64,000 nt of DNA from Clostridia bacterium (GCA_017623855.1 JAGAOD010000057.1:922-64921); one strand, 5' to 3'. Shown: positions 38,577 through 49,305, numbered from the stretch's first letter. Numbers and translations are program-made. The notes: generated by a model not told the origin, from the letters alone.

Positions 38577-39304
38577 TCCATATTCCCCGTTATATACATC
38601 AAGATGGACAGTGCGGCGAGCGGCGCCGTTTCGGTGCGCAGGATGCGCGGGCCGAGCGTGGCGGTCACAACGCCGTTTTCTTTTGCAAATTCAACCTCTT
38701 CGGGAGCAAATCCGCCCTCCGGGCCGATGAACACGGAAACCTCCGTTTCTCCGGCAGGGAGACATTTCGAAAGCGGCAGACCGCCGCCCTCATAAAAGAG
38801 GATCTTTGTGCCCTTCGCATTGCGTACGGCTTCCTTGAAACCGATCATCGCGCCGATCTGCGGTACGGCGCCGCGGCCGCTCTGCTTTGCGGCTTCGAGG
38901 GCGATGCGCTGCAGGCGTTCCTGCTTCTTTTTGGCGGACTTTGCATCCGGTCTCGAAACACTGCGGTCGGTGAGCACCGGCGTGATGCCGCAGGCACCCA
39001 TTTCCGTAGCCTTCTGAACAACGAGCTCCAGCTTGTCACCCTTCGGCATGCCTGGGTAAAGTGTCACGCGGAGCGTCGGTTCACTTTCGTTTTTGTATTG
39101 CGTATGAAGGCGTACGGTGACCGTATCCTCCGAGATCGCTTCGATCTCGCCGTCATAGTCAAAGCCGTTGCCGTCGCTGACGGTCAGCGCCTCGCCGATG
39201 CGCATGCGCAGGGAGCGCGAAATATGTCGCCCGTCCTCGCCGTCGATCACGGCCTGTTTTACTTCTGTATCAAAACGCAGTGCGTCTGTGAAAAATCTCG
39301 GCAT
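38573..39304 (-). CDS. rsmE: 16S rRNA m3U1498 methyltransferase
   Basis: H..RSLRM, QKATEMG, EAAKQSGR, IGPEGGF, LGPRILRTETA. Confidence 0.96.
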   Translation of the reverse strand: MPRFFTDALRFDTEVKQAVIDGEDGRHISRSLRMRIGEALTVSDGNGFDYDGEIEAISEDTVTVRLHTQYKNESEPTLRVTLYPGMPKGDKLELVVQKATEMGACGITPVLTDRSVSRPDAKSAKKKQERLQRIALEAAKQSGRGAVPQIGAMIGFKEAVRNAKGTKILFYEGGGLPLSKCLPAGETEVSVFIGPEGGFAPEEVEFAKENGVVTATLGPRILRTETAPLAALSILMYITGNME

Positions 39305-39398
39305 ACTGTCGCACCTTTCTTAAAACTCTATTTGTTATCATACCACGTTTTGCGCCCTTGCCGCAACCCTGCGGCGTATTTTTGAATAAGGATTTTTC

Positions 39399-39427
39399 TT
39401 GCGTATCGGGCATGAAAATGCTATACT
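39399..39427 (+). promoter_or_regulatory. SigA promoter of lepA
   Basis: TTGCGT-N17-TATACT with TGn extension. Confidence 0.55.
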
Positions 39428-39452
39428 AACTGTGTATATTCGTGAACAGAGG

Positions 39453-41267
39453 ATGGATTCTCAATTGGAACAGAACAAAATTCGTAATTTCAGCATTATT
39501 GCTCATATTGACCACGGCAAGAGTACGCTTGCCGACCGTATTCTGGAGCAGACCGAGTCCGTTGCGCTCCGTGATATGGAAGAACAGCTTCTTGACAACA
39601 TGGATCTCGAGCGTGAGCGCGGCATCACGATCAAGGCGCATGCGGTCACATTGAAATACCACGCCGACGACGGTGAGGACTATATTTTCAACCTGATCGA
39701 CACCCCGGGTCACGTCGACTTTAATTACGAGGTTTCCCGTTCTCTCGCCGCTTGCGAGGGCGCGGTGCTCGTCGTCGATGCATCGCAGGGCATTGAAGCG
39801 CAGACGCTCGCGAATACTTATCTCGCGGTCGATGCGAATCTTGAGATCGTGCCGGTTTTGAATAAGATCGACCTGATTTCCGCCGATCCGGATCGCGTAG
39901 CGGCTGAGATCGAGGACGTCATCGGCATTCCCGCAGAGGATGCACCGCGCATCAGCGCGAAAACGGGCATCAACATCAAGGCGGTCATGGAAAAGATCGT
40001 CAGCGATGTGCCGCCGCCGCAGGGTGACCCCGACGCACCGCTGCAGGCACTGATCTTCGACTCTTACTACGACGCATATAAGGGTGTTATCGCCTATGTC
40101 CGTGTCAAAGAAGGCTCCGTCCATCCGGGCGACACCATTCGTATGATGCAGGTCGGCAGTGAATTCGACGTGGTCGAATGCGGTTATCTCCGCGCGACCT
40201 CTTTGGAGCCGTCCGATTGCCTGTCCGCCGGCGAAGTCGGTTATATCACGGCTTCCATTAAGAATGTGCGTGACGCGATGGTCGGTGACACGATCACCCG
40301 CGCCGATCGTCCCGCGAAGGAGGCACTGCCCGGCTACCGTGCGGTACAGCCGATGGTCTTCTGCGGTGTTTATCCGGCGGACGGCGCACACTACAGCGAT
40401 CTCAGAGATGCGCTCGAGAAGCTGCAGCTGAACGACGCGTCTCTGACCTTTGAGCCGGAAACCTCCGTTGCGCTCGGATTTGGCTTCCGCTGCGGCTTCC
40501 TCGGTCTTCTTCACATGGAGATCATTCAGGAGCGTCTGGAGCGCGAGTATAATCTCGACCTCATCACGACCGCACCGAGCGTTGTGTACCACATCACACA
40601 GACGGACGGCACGATGCTCTCGATCGACAACCCGACAAACTATCCGGATCCGACGCTCATTTCCCGTGCGGAGGAGCCGATCACCAATGCGCATATTTAC
40701 TCCCCGACCGAGTTCGTCGGCAATATTATGGAGCTCTGTCAGGAGCGCCGCGGCGTGTTTAAGGGTATGGATTACCTCGACACCGACCGTGTGGACATCC
40801 ATTATGAGCTGCCGCTGAACGAGATCGTCTACGACTTCTTCGATGCGCTGAAATCCCGCACACGCGGCTATGCGTCGTTTGACTACGAGCTTTTGGGCTA
40901 TGCGGACAGCAAGCTCGTAAAGCTTGACATCATGCTCAACGGTGAGGTCGTCGATGCGCTTTCGTTCATCATCCACGCCGAGAAGGCATATCCGCGTGCA
41001 AGAAAGATGGTTGAAAAGCTGAAGGAGAAGATCCCGCGTCAGCTCTTCGAGGTTCCGGTGCAGGCATGCATCGGCGGCAAGATCATCGCCCGTGAGACGG
41101 TCAAGGCAATGCGCAAGGACGTTCTTGCGAAGTGCTACGGCGGTGACATTACCCGTAAGAAGAAGCTGCTCGAAAAGCAGAAGGAAGGCAAGAAACGTAT
41201 GCGTCAGCTCGGTACGGTCGAGGTGCCGCAGGAGGCATTCATGTCCGTTTTGAAGCTGGACGAATAA
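39453..41267 (+). CDS. lepA: Elongation factor 4 (LepA)
   Basis: [49 protein letters not shown]. Start may be TTG 39465. Confidence 0.99.
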   Translation: MDSQLEQNKIRNFSIIAHIDHGKSTLADRILEQTESVALRDMEEQLLDNMDLERERGITIKAHAVTLKYHADDGEDYIFNLIDTPGHVDFNYEVSRSLAACEGAVLVVDASQGIEAQTLANTYLAVDANLEIVPVLNKIDLISADPDRVAAEIEDVIGIPAEDAPRISAKTGINIKAVMEKIVSDVPPPQGDPDAPLQALIFDSYYDAYKGVIAYVRVKEGSVHPGDTIRMMQVGSEFDVVECGYLRATSLEPSDCLSAGEVGYITASIKNVRDAMVGDTITRADRPAKEALPGYRAVQPMVFCGVYPADGAHYSDLRDALEKLQLNDASLTFEPETSVALGFGFRCGFLGLLHMEIIQERLEREYNLDLITTAPSVVYHITQTDGTMLSIDNPTNYPDPTLISRAEEPITNAHIYSPTEFVGNIMELCQERRGVFKGMDYLDTDRVDIHYELPLNEIVYDFFDALKSRTRGYASFDYELLGYADSKLVKLDIMLNGEVVDALSFIIHAEKAYPRARKMVEKLKEKIPRQLFEVPVQACIGGKIIARETVKAMRKDVLAKCYGGDITRKKKLLEKQKEGKKRMRQLGTVEVPQEAFMSVLKLDE

Positions 41268-41331
41268 TTTGCAATGCTCCGGCAGGCGGTTCCGTCTGCC
41301 GGATGAATATTTGGATTAGTGGTGAAGTGAA

Positions 41332-42051
41332 ATGTTATTTTTCTATGTACGACACGGAGACCCGATCTACAGCCCGAATCAGCTGACCCCGCTCGGTCAA
41401 AGGCAGGCAGAAGCCATCGGAAAGCGCCTTGCGCTGTACGGTGTGGACAAGATCTACGCCTCCTCCTCGAACCGTGCCATGCAGACGGCACAGCCGACCT
41501 GCGAGATCCTGAAGAAGGACAAGGAGATCCTCGATTTCTGCAACGAAGACCATGCGTGGGCGGATTTCAGCCTGCCGCTGGAGGACGGACGCAGAACGTG
41601 GTCCTTTTACCATCCCGAGACACGCAGGCTGTTCACGGACCCGTCCGTCACGGCTTTGGGGCTTCGGTGGTATGAGCATCCGGAGCTTCAGAAGTATAAC
41701 TTCAAGAAGGGTCTCGACCGCATCCAGAAGGAGCTTGATGCTCTGCTCTTAAAGCACGGCTATGAGCACATTCCGGGCACCGGTACATATAAGGCGGTTC
41801 GTCCGAATGATGACCGCATTGCGCTGTTTGCGCATCAGGGCTTCGGCATGAACTTTATGAGCCAGCTGCTTGACATCCCGTATCCGTTCTATGCCACACA
41901 TTTTGACATCACACACACCGGCCTGACCGTCATTGAGTTCAAGGACGAGGGCGACGGCATCGTGATCCCGAAGGTGCTGACACTTTCCTCGGACGCACAC
42001 ATCTACAAGGAAGGTCTGCCCACGAACTACTGCAATTACATTCGGTTTTGA
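41332..42051 (+). CDS. Histidine phosphatase family protein
   Basis: VRHGDP, LT.LG..QA, S..RA.QTA, FAHQG. Confidence 0.88.
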   Translation: MLFFYVRHGDPIYSPNQLTPLGQRQAEAIGKRLALYGVDKIYASSSNRAMQTAQPTCEILKKDKEILDFCNEDHAWADFSLPLEDGRRTWSFYHPETRRLFTDPSVTALGLRWYEHPELQKYNFKKGLDRIQKELDALLLKHGYEHIPGTGTYKAVRPNDDRIALFAHQGFGMNFMSQLLDIPYPFYATHFDITHTGLTVIEFKDEGDGIVIPKVLTLSSDAHIYKEGLPTNYCNYIRF

Positions 42052-42163
42052 TCAAAGAGGAGCGGTTTGCTCCTCTTTTTCGTATCTTTGCCGGCATATG
42101 TATTGATAAGTGCTTAACGGTATGTTATAATAGAAAAGAATTATAGAATTGAGGGAAAACCTC

Positions 42164-42194
42164 TTGACTTGGAGCTTGGTTTAGGGTGTATGCT
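42164..42194 (+). promoter_or_regulatory. MerR-type promoter (19-bp spacer, imperfect dyad) upstream of tandem MATE pair
   Basis: TTGACT-N19-TATGCT; spacer TGGAGCTTGGTTTAGGGTG; an upstream SigA promoter TTGATA-N17-TATAAT lies at 42103-42131. Confidence 0.5.
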
Positions 42195-42224
42195 TCAGGT
42201 GAATACTAAATGGGAGGAATTGAA

Positions 42225-43634
42225 ATGGCTTCAAAAAAACCGCTCAACGTGACCGACGAGTCCAGAAGCGTCCCTATGACGATCTTCCTTCTGGCCTGGC
42301 CGGTTTTTGTTGAGCAGATCTTCACGACGCTCGTCAGCTTTGCGGACACCGCGATGGTCGGTGCACTCGGCAAGGAGGCAACCGCGGCGATCTCCATCAG
42401 TAACTCGCCGATCTTCCTTTTGAACGGCGTCATCATGTCACTCGGCATCGGTATCACGACAATGATCGGTCATGCGGTCGGCGCGGGTGACGAAGCACGT
42501 GCAAAAACGCTGATGAGACATGCTTTCTTAGTGCTTCTGTACGTCGGTATCCCGATCACGGCGGTCGTTGCGGCTCTGTCCCGTATGATCCCGCTGTGGA
42601 TGGGTGCGGGCCCGGATATCATCGACGCGGCTACGGATTACAACCTGATCGTTGCCGCAGGCCGTATCTTCATGCTGGCCTCTATGGTGCTGAACTCCGC
42701 ATTCCGCGGCTACGGCGACACGAAAACGCCGATGATCCTCAACATCATCATGAATGTCATCAATGTTTGCGGTAACTATTTGCTCATCAATCCGACGAGG
42801 CAGATCTCCGTCTTTGGTCTTGAATTCACCATGATCGGTGCGGGCTGGGGCGTCGAGGGCGCTGCGGTCGCAACCGCACTCGGCATGACGGTTTCCGGTG
42901 TTATGGCGCTGGTCATTGCGTTTAAGAAGTCGAACCCGTACCATATTTCTCTTGCCGGCAAGGGTGCATTCATCCCGGACAAGGAGATCACCCGTCAGGT
43001 ATTCCGCATCAGCTTCCCGGCTATGCTGGAGCGTATCTGCATGTCCTCCTCCGGTATCTTCGTTACAAGCAGCATTGCGACACTCGGTACCGTAAGTATT
43101 GCGGCAAACAGCCTGTTCCTCTCTGCGGAGAGCCTCTCCTATATGCCGGCCTTCGCGTTCCAGATGGCGATCACCACACTGGTCGCACAGTCGCTCGGCG
43201 CAAAGAAGCCCGAGCTTGCGAAGAAATTCCTTCGCTGGACGATGATCATGGGTACCGTGATCATGGCGATCACGACGGTAGCTCTGTACGTGTTTGCGTC
43301 CCCGCTGATCGGTGTCTTCACACCCGACGCGGAGGTTATCGAGATGGCTGCAAAGTGCCTGCAGATCGTCGCGCTCATCCAGATCCCGCAGATGGCGGCA
43401 TGGGTATTTGGCGGCCTGCTGCGCGGCGCAGGCGACACGAAGATCATTTTCTACATTACGGCTGCCACAAACTGGGGCATCCGTACCCTGTTCTCCGTGC
43501 TCGTTATCCGTGCATTCCATATGGACCTCATTGCGACCATTTGGGTCATGTGTACTGAGATCCTCGTGCGTCTCCTTCTGCTCTATATGCGCTACAGATC
43601 CGGCAAGTGGATGCATGTTATGGAACGCCACTAA
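42225..43634 (+). CDS. MATE family efflux transporter (tandem copy 1)
   Basis: LAWP..EQ....VSFADTAMVG, FRGYGDTKTPM, LRGAGDTK. Confidence 0.93.
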   Translation: MASKKPLNVTDESRSVPMTIFLLAWPVFVEQIFTTLVSFADTAMVGALGKEATAAISISNSPIFLLNGVIMSLGIGITTMIGHAVGAGDEARAKTLMRHAFLVLLYVGIPITAVVAALSRMIPLWMGAGPDIIDAATDYNLIVAAGRIFMLASMVLNSAFRGYGDTKTPMILNIIMNVINVCGNYLLINPTRQISVFGLEFTMIGAGWGVEGAAVATALGMTVSGVMALVIAFKKSNPYHISLAGKGAFIPDKEITRQVFRISFPAMLERICMSSSGIFVTSSIATLGTVSIAANSLFLSAESLSYMPAFAFQMAITTLVAQSLGAKKPELAKKFLRWTMIMGTVIMAITTVALYVFASPLIGVFTPDAEVIEMAAKCLQIVALIQIPQMAAWVFGGLLRGAGDTKIIFYITAATNWGIRTLFSVLVIRAFHMDLIATIWVMCTEILVRLLLLYMRYRSGKWMHVMERH

Positions 43635-43814
43635 GTTTAAGTACATAGAATCAGAAAAATGCCCGCACAGCAGACTTTTCCGTTTGCTGTGCGGGTTCGT
43701 TTTTGCCGAAACTTGATATTTTAGTGGAAATATGATATAACAAAATACAGCTCCAACACGGCGGTACTTTTGTGTCCGTTTTGGAGCACAGCTTTGTATT
43801 GGGAAGTGTTATTT

Positions 43815-45227
43815 ATGGCGTCAAAAAAGCCGCTCAATGTGACGGACGGCTCCAGAAGCGTACCGATGACGATCATCCTGCTTGCGTGGCCGGTCTTCAT
43901 TGAGCAGGTGTTTTCCACACTTGTCAGCTTTGCGGACACCGCGATGGTCGGTGCCCTCGGAAAGGAAGCCACCGCGGCGATCTCCATCAGCAACGCACCG
44001 ATCTTCCTTCTGAACGGCATCATGATGGCGCTCGGCGTCGGTCTTACGACCATGGTCGCGCATGCCGTCGGCTCGGGAGACCATGACCGTGTCAAGGTGC
44101 TGATGCGTCACGCACTTTTGATGATTTTGTACATAGGCGTTCCGATCTCCGTGATCGTAGCAATGCTTTCAAGGGCGATCCCGCTCTTTATGGGCGCGGG
44201 CCCGGACATCATCGACGCCGCAACGAATTATAATCTGATCGTGTCCATGGGACGTGTGTTCATGCTCGTTTCCATGGTGCTGAATTCCGCATTTCGCGGC
44301 TACGGCGACACGAAAACGCCGATGATCCTCAACATCATCATGAATGTCGTCAATGTTTGCGGTAACTATCTGCTTATCAACCCGACGAGACAGATCTCGG
44401 TATTCGGCTTCGGATTTACGATGATCGGTGCGGGCTGGGGTGTGAAAGGTGCGGCCGCCGCAACGGCGCTCGGCATGATGCTGTCCGGCGTACTGGCGCT
44501 CATTATGGCGTTCAGAAAATCCAACATATACCGCATCTCGCTGTCCGGCACCAAGGATCTGCTGCCGGATAAAAAGCTTGTTTCGCAGATCCTTAAGATC
44601 AGCCTGCCGGCTATGCTGGAGCGCATCTTCATGTCCTCCTCCGGTATCATTGTCAGCAGCAGCCTTGCAACACTCGGCACGGCGAGCATCGCGGCAAACA
44701 GCCTGTACTCTTCTGCGGAGTCCCTGTCCTTTATGCCGGCATTTGCTTTCCAGACTGCGATCACCACGCTGACCGGTCAGTCGCTCGGTGCAAAAAAGCC
44801 GGAGCTCGCCCAGAAGTTCCTCAAGTGGACGCTCATCATGGGTACGGTCGTCATGGCTTTTGCGAGCGTCGGTCTGTATGTCTTTTCTGAACCGCTCATC
44901 GGCGTCTTTACACCGGATCAGGGCGTTATCGCGCTCGCCGCAGAATGCCTGCGTATCATGGCAGTCATTCAGATCCCACAAATGATCGCATGGACGCTTG
45001 CCGGTATGCTCCGCGGTGCGGGCGACACGAAGTCCGGCTTCTACATCACCGCCGCAACAAACTGGTGCATCCGCGCCCTGTTTGCCGTTCTGCTTGTCCG
45101 CGTATTCCATCAGGATCTCATCGCATACTGCTACGTCATCGACTTTGAGATCATGGTCCGCCTGCTGCTCATGTACCTGCGTTACAGATCCGGCAAGTGG
45201 AAGACAATCATGGAGAAAACGAAATAA
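43815..45227 (+). CDS. MATE family efflux transporter (tandem copy 2)
   Basis: Colinear paralog of 42225-43634 at constant offset 1590. Confidence 0.93.
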   Translation: MASKKPLNVTDGSRSVPMTIILLAWPVFIEQVFSTLVSFADTAMVGALGKEATAAISISNAPIFLLNGIMMALGVGLTTMVAHAVGSGDHDRVKVLMRHALLMILYIGVPISVIVAMLSRAIPLFMGAGPDIIDAATNYNLIVSMGRVFMLVSMVLNSAFRGYGDTKTPMILNIIMNVVNVCGNYLLINPTRQISVFGFGFTMIGAGWGVKGAAAATALGMMLSGVLALIMAFRKSNIYRISLSGTKDLLPDKKLVSQILKISLPAMLERIFMSSSGIIVSSSLATLGTASIAANSLYSSAESLSFMPAFAFQTAITTLTGQSLGAKKPELAQKFLKWTLIMGTVVMAFASVGLYVFSEPLIGVFTPDQGVIALAAECLRIMAVIQIPQMIAWTLAGMLRGAGDTKSGFYITAATNWCIRALFAVLLVRVFHQDLIAYCYVIDFEIMVRLLLMYLRYRSGKWKTIMEKTK

Positions 45228-45233
45228 ATTTCA

Positions 45234-45268
45234 AAAGGAAGATGTGTTTTTGGCATCTTCCTTTTTTG
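45234..45268 (+). terminator. Intrinsic terminator after MATE pair
   Basis: AAAAGGAAGATG...CATCTTCCTTTTTT. Confidence 0.8.
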
Positions 45269-45344
45269 TGCCGTCCCTTGCAATGGCAAACGGAATGTGC
45301 TATAAAAAGAACAGACTGTGGGGAGACCCGAACGGAGGACACGT

Positions 45345-45539
45345 ATGGAGTACAAATTGCCGGTCGTTGACGGCCATTATCATATTTACGGTTGGTATGA
45401 CGCAAACGGGAAGGATTTTTATGAAACAACGGATGCTTACCGAAAGGGAAGAAATTTCCGTGCGGTCAATCTGAACGCGCTGCCGTCCGTTTCGTGGGAT
45501 GTCAGCAATAACATTATTGCGGCGCTCGCTCAGCTCTGA
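45345..45539 (+). pseudogene. Truncated amidohydrolase-family N-terminus (64 codons)
   Basis: Own promoter (TTGCAA-N17-TATAAA) and SD GGAGG; VVDGHYHI metal-binding DxHxH motif, then an abrupt stop. Confidence 0.6.
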
Positions 45540-45641
45540 GGCTGAGTGTGTACGACAAGACGAAATCTTGATATACGGTAAAAATTATGCTATAAAAAGC
45601 TTATAAGCCAATATATCAGCAGTTCAAATGAGGTGTTTTTT

Positions 45642-47570
45642 ATGAAGAGCAGCCGTATTTCCGTGAAAAATTTCCATGCGGATGACAGCTTTGTCGGCCG
45701 TGTACAGAAGCTTGTACGCGAGGAAGTCATTCCGTATCAGTATCAGGTTTTGAACGATGCCCTGCCCGGCGTGGAGAAGAGCCATGCAATCGAGAATATC
45801 CGCCTTGCAGCGAAGAAGCTGCGCGTGGAGGATATCGGCGCGGAAGAATTTTACGGTTTCATTTTTCAGGACAGCGACGTCGCGAAATGGATCGAAGCCG
45901 CGGCGTATGCGCTCGCAGCCGAGCCGAACCCGGAGCTTGAGAAAACTGTGGACGATGTCATTGCACTCTATGGCTCGTCCCAGCATGAAAACGGATATGT
46001 AAACTCTTATTTTACGATACAGGCGCCGGAAAAGAAGTGGACGAATATGCGCGAAGCGCATGAGCTTTATTGCGCCGGTCACATGATGGAAGCGGCGGTC
46101 GCGTACTATGAGGTGACGGGCAAGAGAGAACTGCTTGATATCATGTCCAAAAACGCCGACTGCATCTTTGAAGAGTTCATGCATCACAACACGGCGGCTT
46201 ATCCGGGTCATCCGGAGGTCGAGCTCGCGTTGATGCGTCTTTGGAGAGCGACCGGAAACGAGAAATATAAGGCGCTCGCAAAGCATTTCATCGACGAGCG
46301 CGGACAGGAGCCGAACTATTTCTGGAAGATCGAGGAGCCGAACCGCGGCTGGAATGTCTGGAGCGGCTCTGCGGAACAGGACAGTGACTATACACAGAGC
46401 ACACTGCCGGTGCGTGAACAGAAGGATGCCGTCGGTCACTCGGTTCGTGCGGCGTATCTTTACACCGGCATGGCGGACGTTGCAAGGGAAACGGAAGACG
46501 CGGATCTGCTCAGCGCCTGCCGTACGCTTTGGAACAGCATTACAAAGCGCCGCATGTACGTAACGGGCGGTATCGGTTCGACAAATCAGGGCGAGGCGTT
46601 TACGGTGGATTACGACCTGCCGAACGACCCGGTCTATGCCGAGACCTGTGCGTCGATCGCGCTGATGTTCTTCGCAAAGCAGCTCCTCGAAAACGAGCAT
46701 CGCGGGGAATACGCCGATGTTATGGAGCGCGCTTTTTACAATACGGTCTTAGCCGGCATGCAGCTCGACGGCAAGCGCTTCTTCTATGTGAACCCCCTTG
46801 AGGTCATTCCGGGTGTCTCCGGCAAGGCAGTGACCCACAGACACGATCTGCCGGTTCGTCCGCAGTGGTATGCCTGTGCCTGCTGCCCGCCGAACGTGGC
46901 GCGTGTCGTCTCGTCCCTCGGTGCTTATGCATACAGCGAGAATGAGACCGCTTTCTTCATTGATCTGTACGCAGGCGGTACGGTCGTGACGGAAAAGGGA
47001 CTGACTCTGACCTGCAGGACCGAGTTCCCGCATTACGGGGACGTCCGGTACACGGTTTCCGGAAACGCGGAGACGACACTTGCGTTCCGCATTCCGGCAT
47101 GGAGCGAAAACACGAAGCTCACTGTAAACGGCGAGGAATTGGCGCTTTCCGATATCACCTGCGACGGCTATGCGTACATCACGCGTGCATGGCAGGACGG
47201 GGACAACGTGATGCTCACACTCGATATGACCGCACGTGTGCTCTATGCCTCCCCGAAGGTCGCGGCGGACAGCGGCAAGGTCTGCGTGCAGCGCGGCGCA
47301 CTCGTTTACTGTGCGGAGGAGGCGGACAACGGCGAAATCCTCCCGCTCTTCGTCCGCGAGGACGCTGTGCCGGAAGCGCTCGGCTTTGAGCCCGAGACTC
47401 TCGGCGGTATCGTCCCGGTCGAAATCGACGGCTATAAAGCAGAGGACAACGGCATGCTGTATTCCGCAAGAAAGCCGAAGCTGACGGAGAAGAAGCTCCG
47501 TCTCATTCCGTACTACACATGGGCAAACCGCGGTGAAAACCAGATGCGCGTCTGGCTGCCGGTAAAGTAA
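45642..47570 (+). CDS. Glycoside hydrolase family 127 (beta-L-arabinofuranosidase-like)
   Basis: FQDSDVAKW.E, HELYCAGH, GHPEVE, GHSVRA, YAETCAS, CACCPPN, IPYY.WANRG. Confidence 0.93.
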   Translation: MKSSRISVKNFHADDSFVGRVQKLVREEVIPYQYQVLNDALPGVEKSHAIENIRLAAKKLRVEDIGAEEFYGFIFQDSDVAKWIEAAAYALAAEPNPELEKTVDDVIALYGSSQHENGYVNSYFTIQAPEKKWTNMREAHELYCAGHMMEAAVAYYEVTGKRELLDIMSKNADCIFEEFMHHNTAAYPGHPEVELALMRLWRATGNEKYKALAKHFIDERGQEPNYFWKIEEPNRGWNVWSGSAEQDSDYTQSTLPVREQKDAVGHSVRAAYLYTGMADVARETEDADLLSACRTLWNSITKRRMYVTGGIGSTNQGEAFTVDYDLPNDPVYAETCASIALMFFAKQLLENEHRGEYADVMERAFYNTVLAGMQLDGKRFFYVNPLEVIPGVSGKAVTHRHDLPVRPQWYACACCPPNVARVVSSLGAYAYSENETAFFIDLYAGGTVVTEKGLTLTCRTEFPHYGDVRYTVSGNAETTLAFRIPAWSENTKLTVNGEELALSDITCDGYAYITRAWQDGDNVMLTLDMTARVLYASPKVAADSGKVCVQRGALVYCAEEADNGEILPLFVREDAVPEALGFEPETLGGIVPVEIDGYKAEDNGMLYSARKPKLTEKKLRLIPYYTWANRGENQMRVWLPVK

Positions 47571-47622
47571 AAAGGCATAAAAATTCCGCACCGGATCGTA
47601 AAGCTGTTCCGGTGCGGTTTTG

Positions 47623-48273
47623 TTATGCGTTCATGGCTTCGCGGACGTAATCCGCAGCCTGAGTGATGAAGGCGTTGATGTCCTCCGGCAGGATATATCT
47701 CGCCGGAATGTAGCGGGTCATGTCCATATTGTCGTAAAACTGCAGGATATAGTCGCGCCACAATTCGGTTTCGCGTGCGGAGACCATATCGCCGAAAGCG
47801 ATCCCCTCGGCTTTTGCAAGCAGGGAAAAGACTTCCTCTCTCCACGGACAGGCGTTGTAAAGCTCGAGGTCGGCTAAGTCCGTGTCATTATAATAGGCAG
47901 TCCGCATGTCCTGTGCCGGGTTCGGGTCAGCCTGATAGTGCGGCTCGAAATACGGCTTTCTGAGATATTTTCCCCATACCCAGTCCGTGAGCAGATGCAC
48001 ACAGCAGCCCGCAAGGAAGCTGTCTTCACGCGGTTCCCCGGTGCGCGCTGCCCAAAGGTCGGCGATACGCTGTCTGAAGACCTCGGTCTGACCCGTCTTC
48101 GGCAGGTCAAGCCGCACGTGGGAGACGTCCTTGTCATGGCCCGTCCAGCCTTCGCGCTTATGAATGCTATCCGGTGCGTTTGCGCCGAGGAAATACGCGG
48201 CCTTGTCACAGCCCGCGAAAGCTTCGTCGCTGAGGGCATGGGCGACCGCCAAATGAACCATGGGAAGCGGCAT
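47623..48273 (-). CDS. Zinc-dependent phospholipase C-like family protein
   Basis: MP...HL.VA, YFLG..APD, SH, FL.G...HLLTD. Confidence 0.7.
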   Translation of the reverse strand: MPLPMVHLAVAHALSDEAFAGCDKAAYFLGANAPDSIHKREGWTGHDKDVSHVRLDLPKTGQTEVFRQRIADLWAARTGEPREDSFLAGCCVHLLTDWVWGKYLRKPYFEPHYQADPNPAQDMRTAYYNDTDLADLELYNACPWREEVFSLLAKAEGIAFGDMVSARETELWRDYILQFYDNMDMTRYIPARYILPEDINAFITQAADYVREAMNA

Positions 48274-48299
48274 AAATCAAAAACTCCTTTCCGGGTGGA

Positions 48300-48737
48300 T
48301 CAGTCGATGAACGGTACGCCGTGGCCGTCTGTCGGAACGGCGTCCCTGAAGAGCTGAATGCCCTCGTACCAGCACCAAACAAGAGAGACAATGGGGCCGA
48401 GTCCGAGAAAGATGATGCCCAGTGTGCTGAACAGGAGCTGTGTGACGGCTCTTCCGGTGTTTCCGAGGTAGAAGTTGTGTACGCCGAATGTGCCGAACAT
48501 GAAGGCAAGCAGCGCCGCCGCGATGCGGCTCTTCTGCGGATAGCCGATCGGCGCGGTATACATGGGGTTATAGACGGGCGGTTCACCGGTCGGCTCGTAC
48601 GGATGTGTATAATTCGGCGGTCTGTATCCGCCGGTCTGATTCGTGTACTGCTGCGTATACTGCGGCGGCTGATAGCCGTTCGGCTCAGGCGGGGTATCGG
48701 CAGTATTATTTCGGTTAAAGTCGTTGTGATCGCTCAT
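48300..48737 (-). CDS. TM2 domain membrane protein with P/Y/Q-rich N-terminus
   Basis: KSRIAAALLAF.FGTFGVHNFYLG. Confidence 0.88.
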   Translation of the reverse strand: MSDHNDFNRNNTADTPPEPNGYQPPQYTQQYTNQTGGYRPPNYTHPYEPTGEPPVYNPMYTAPIGYPQKSRIAAALLAFMFGTFGVHNFYLGNTGRAVTQLLFSTLGIIFLGLGPIVSLVWCWYEGIQLFRDAVPTDGHGVPFID

Positions 48738-48759
48738 TTTGTCGGTACTCCTTTCCGCG

Positions 48760-49065
48760 TCAGTCCTTGAGCCAAACGCCGTAAGCGTCGACGTTGACTC
48801 TGTGCTCGAGGAGCTTTACGCCCTCGGTGATCCCCCAGATCATCACGATGAGAGTGCTGATGCCGAGAGTCACTACGGAACCGAGCACGGCGAGCAGAAG
48901 CTGCGTCAGACCGCGCTGGTTGTTGCCGAGATAGAAATTGTGCAGACCGAACGTGCCGGTCAGAATGCCGAGAATGCCGGCAGCCAAACGGCTCTTTTGC
49001 TTGTAGCCGGCGGGGGGATCTATGCCGTATTCGTACGGCGCGTAATTATAAGAGTTATCCTGCAT
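48760..49065 (-). CDS. TM2 domain membrane protein
   Basis: KSRLAAGILGI..GTFGLHNFYLG. Confidence 0.88.
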   Translation of the reverse strand: MQDNSYNYAPYEYGIDPPAGYKQKSRLAAGILGILTGTFGLHNFYLGNNQRGLTQLLLAVLGSVVTLGISTLIVMIWGITEGVKLLEHRVNVDAYGVWLKD

Positions 49066-49305
49066 AAAGAGTCTCCTCTACAGTGAAAATCCTGCTGTAT
49101 TTATAGTTATATTGTACCGAAAAAAGCACCGCATTGCAAGCGCTTCGCCGCGTATGTAAGAATGTCTTAATTTTTATGTAAAAAAGGGATGGAAAGTTTA
49201 TGCACTGTTGCCTTATTGAAAAATAGTGAGCAATGTAGTATACTGTTCTGTAACAATACTATAGTCCGTTTTGGACACAGAACGAATAAGGAATGGTATG
49301 AATTT

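Noticed and set aside
43774-49276. Shared 12-mer GTCCGTTTTGGA upstream of MATE copy 2 and of degV
   Set aside because: 12-mer matches are expected by chance many times in 64 kb, and the first copy is explained by a local hairpin.
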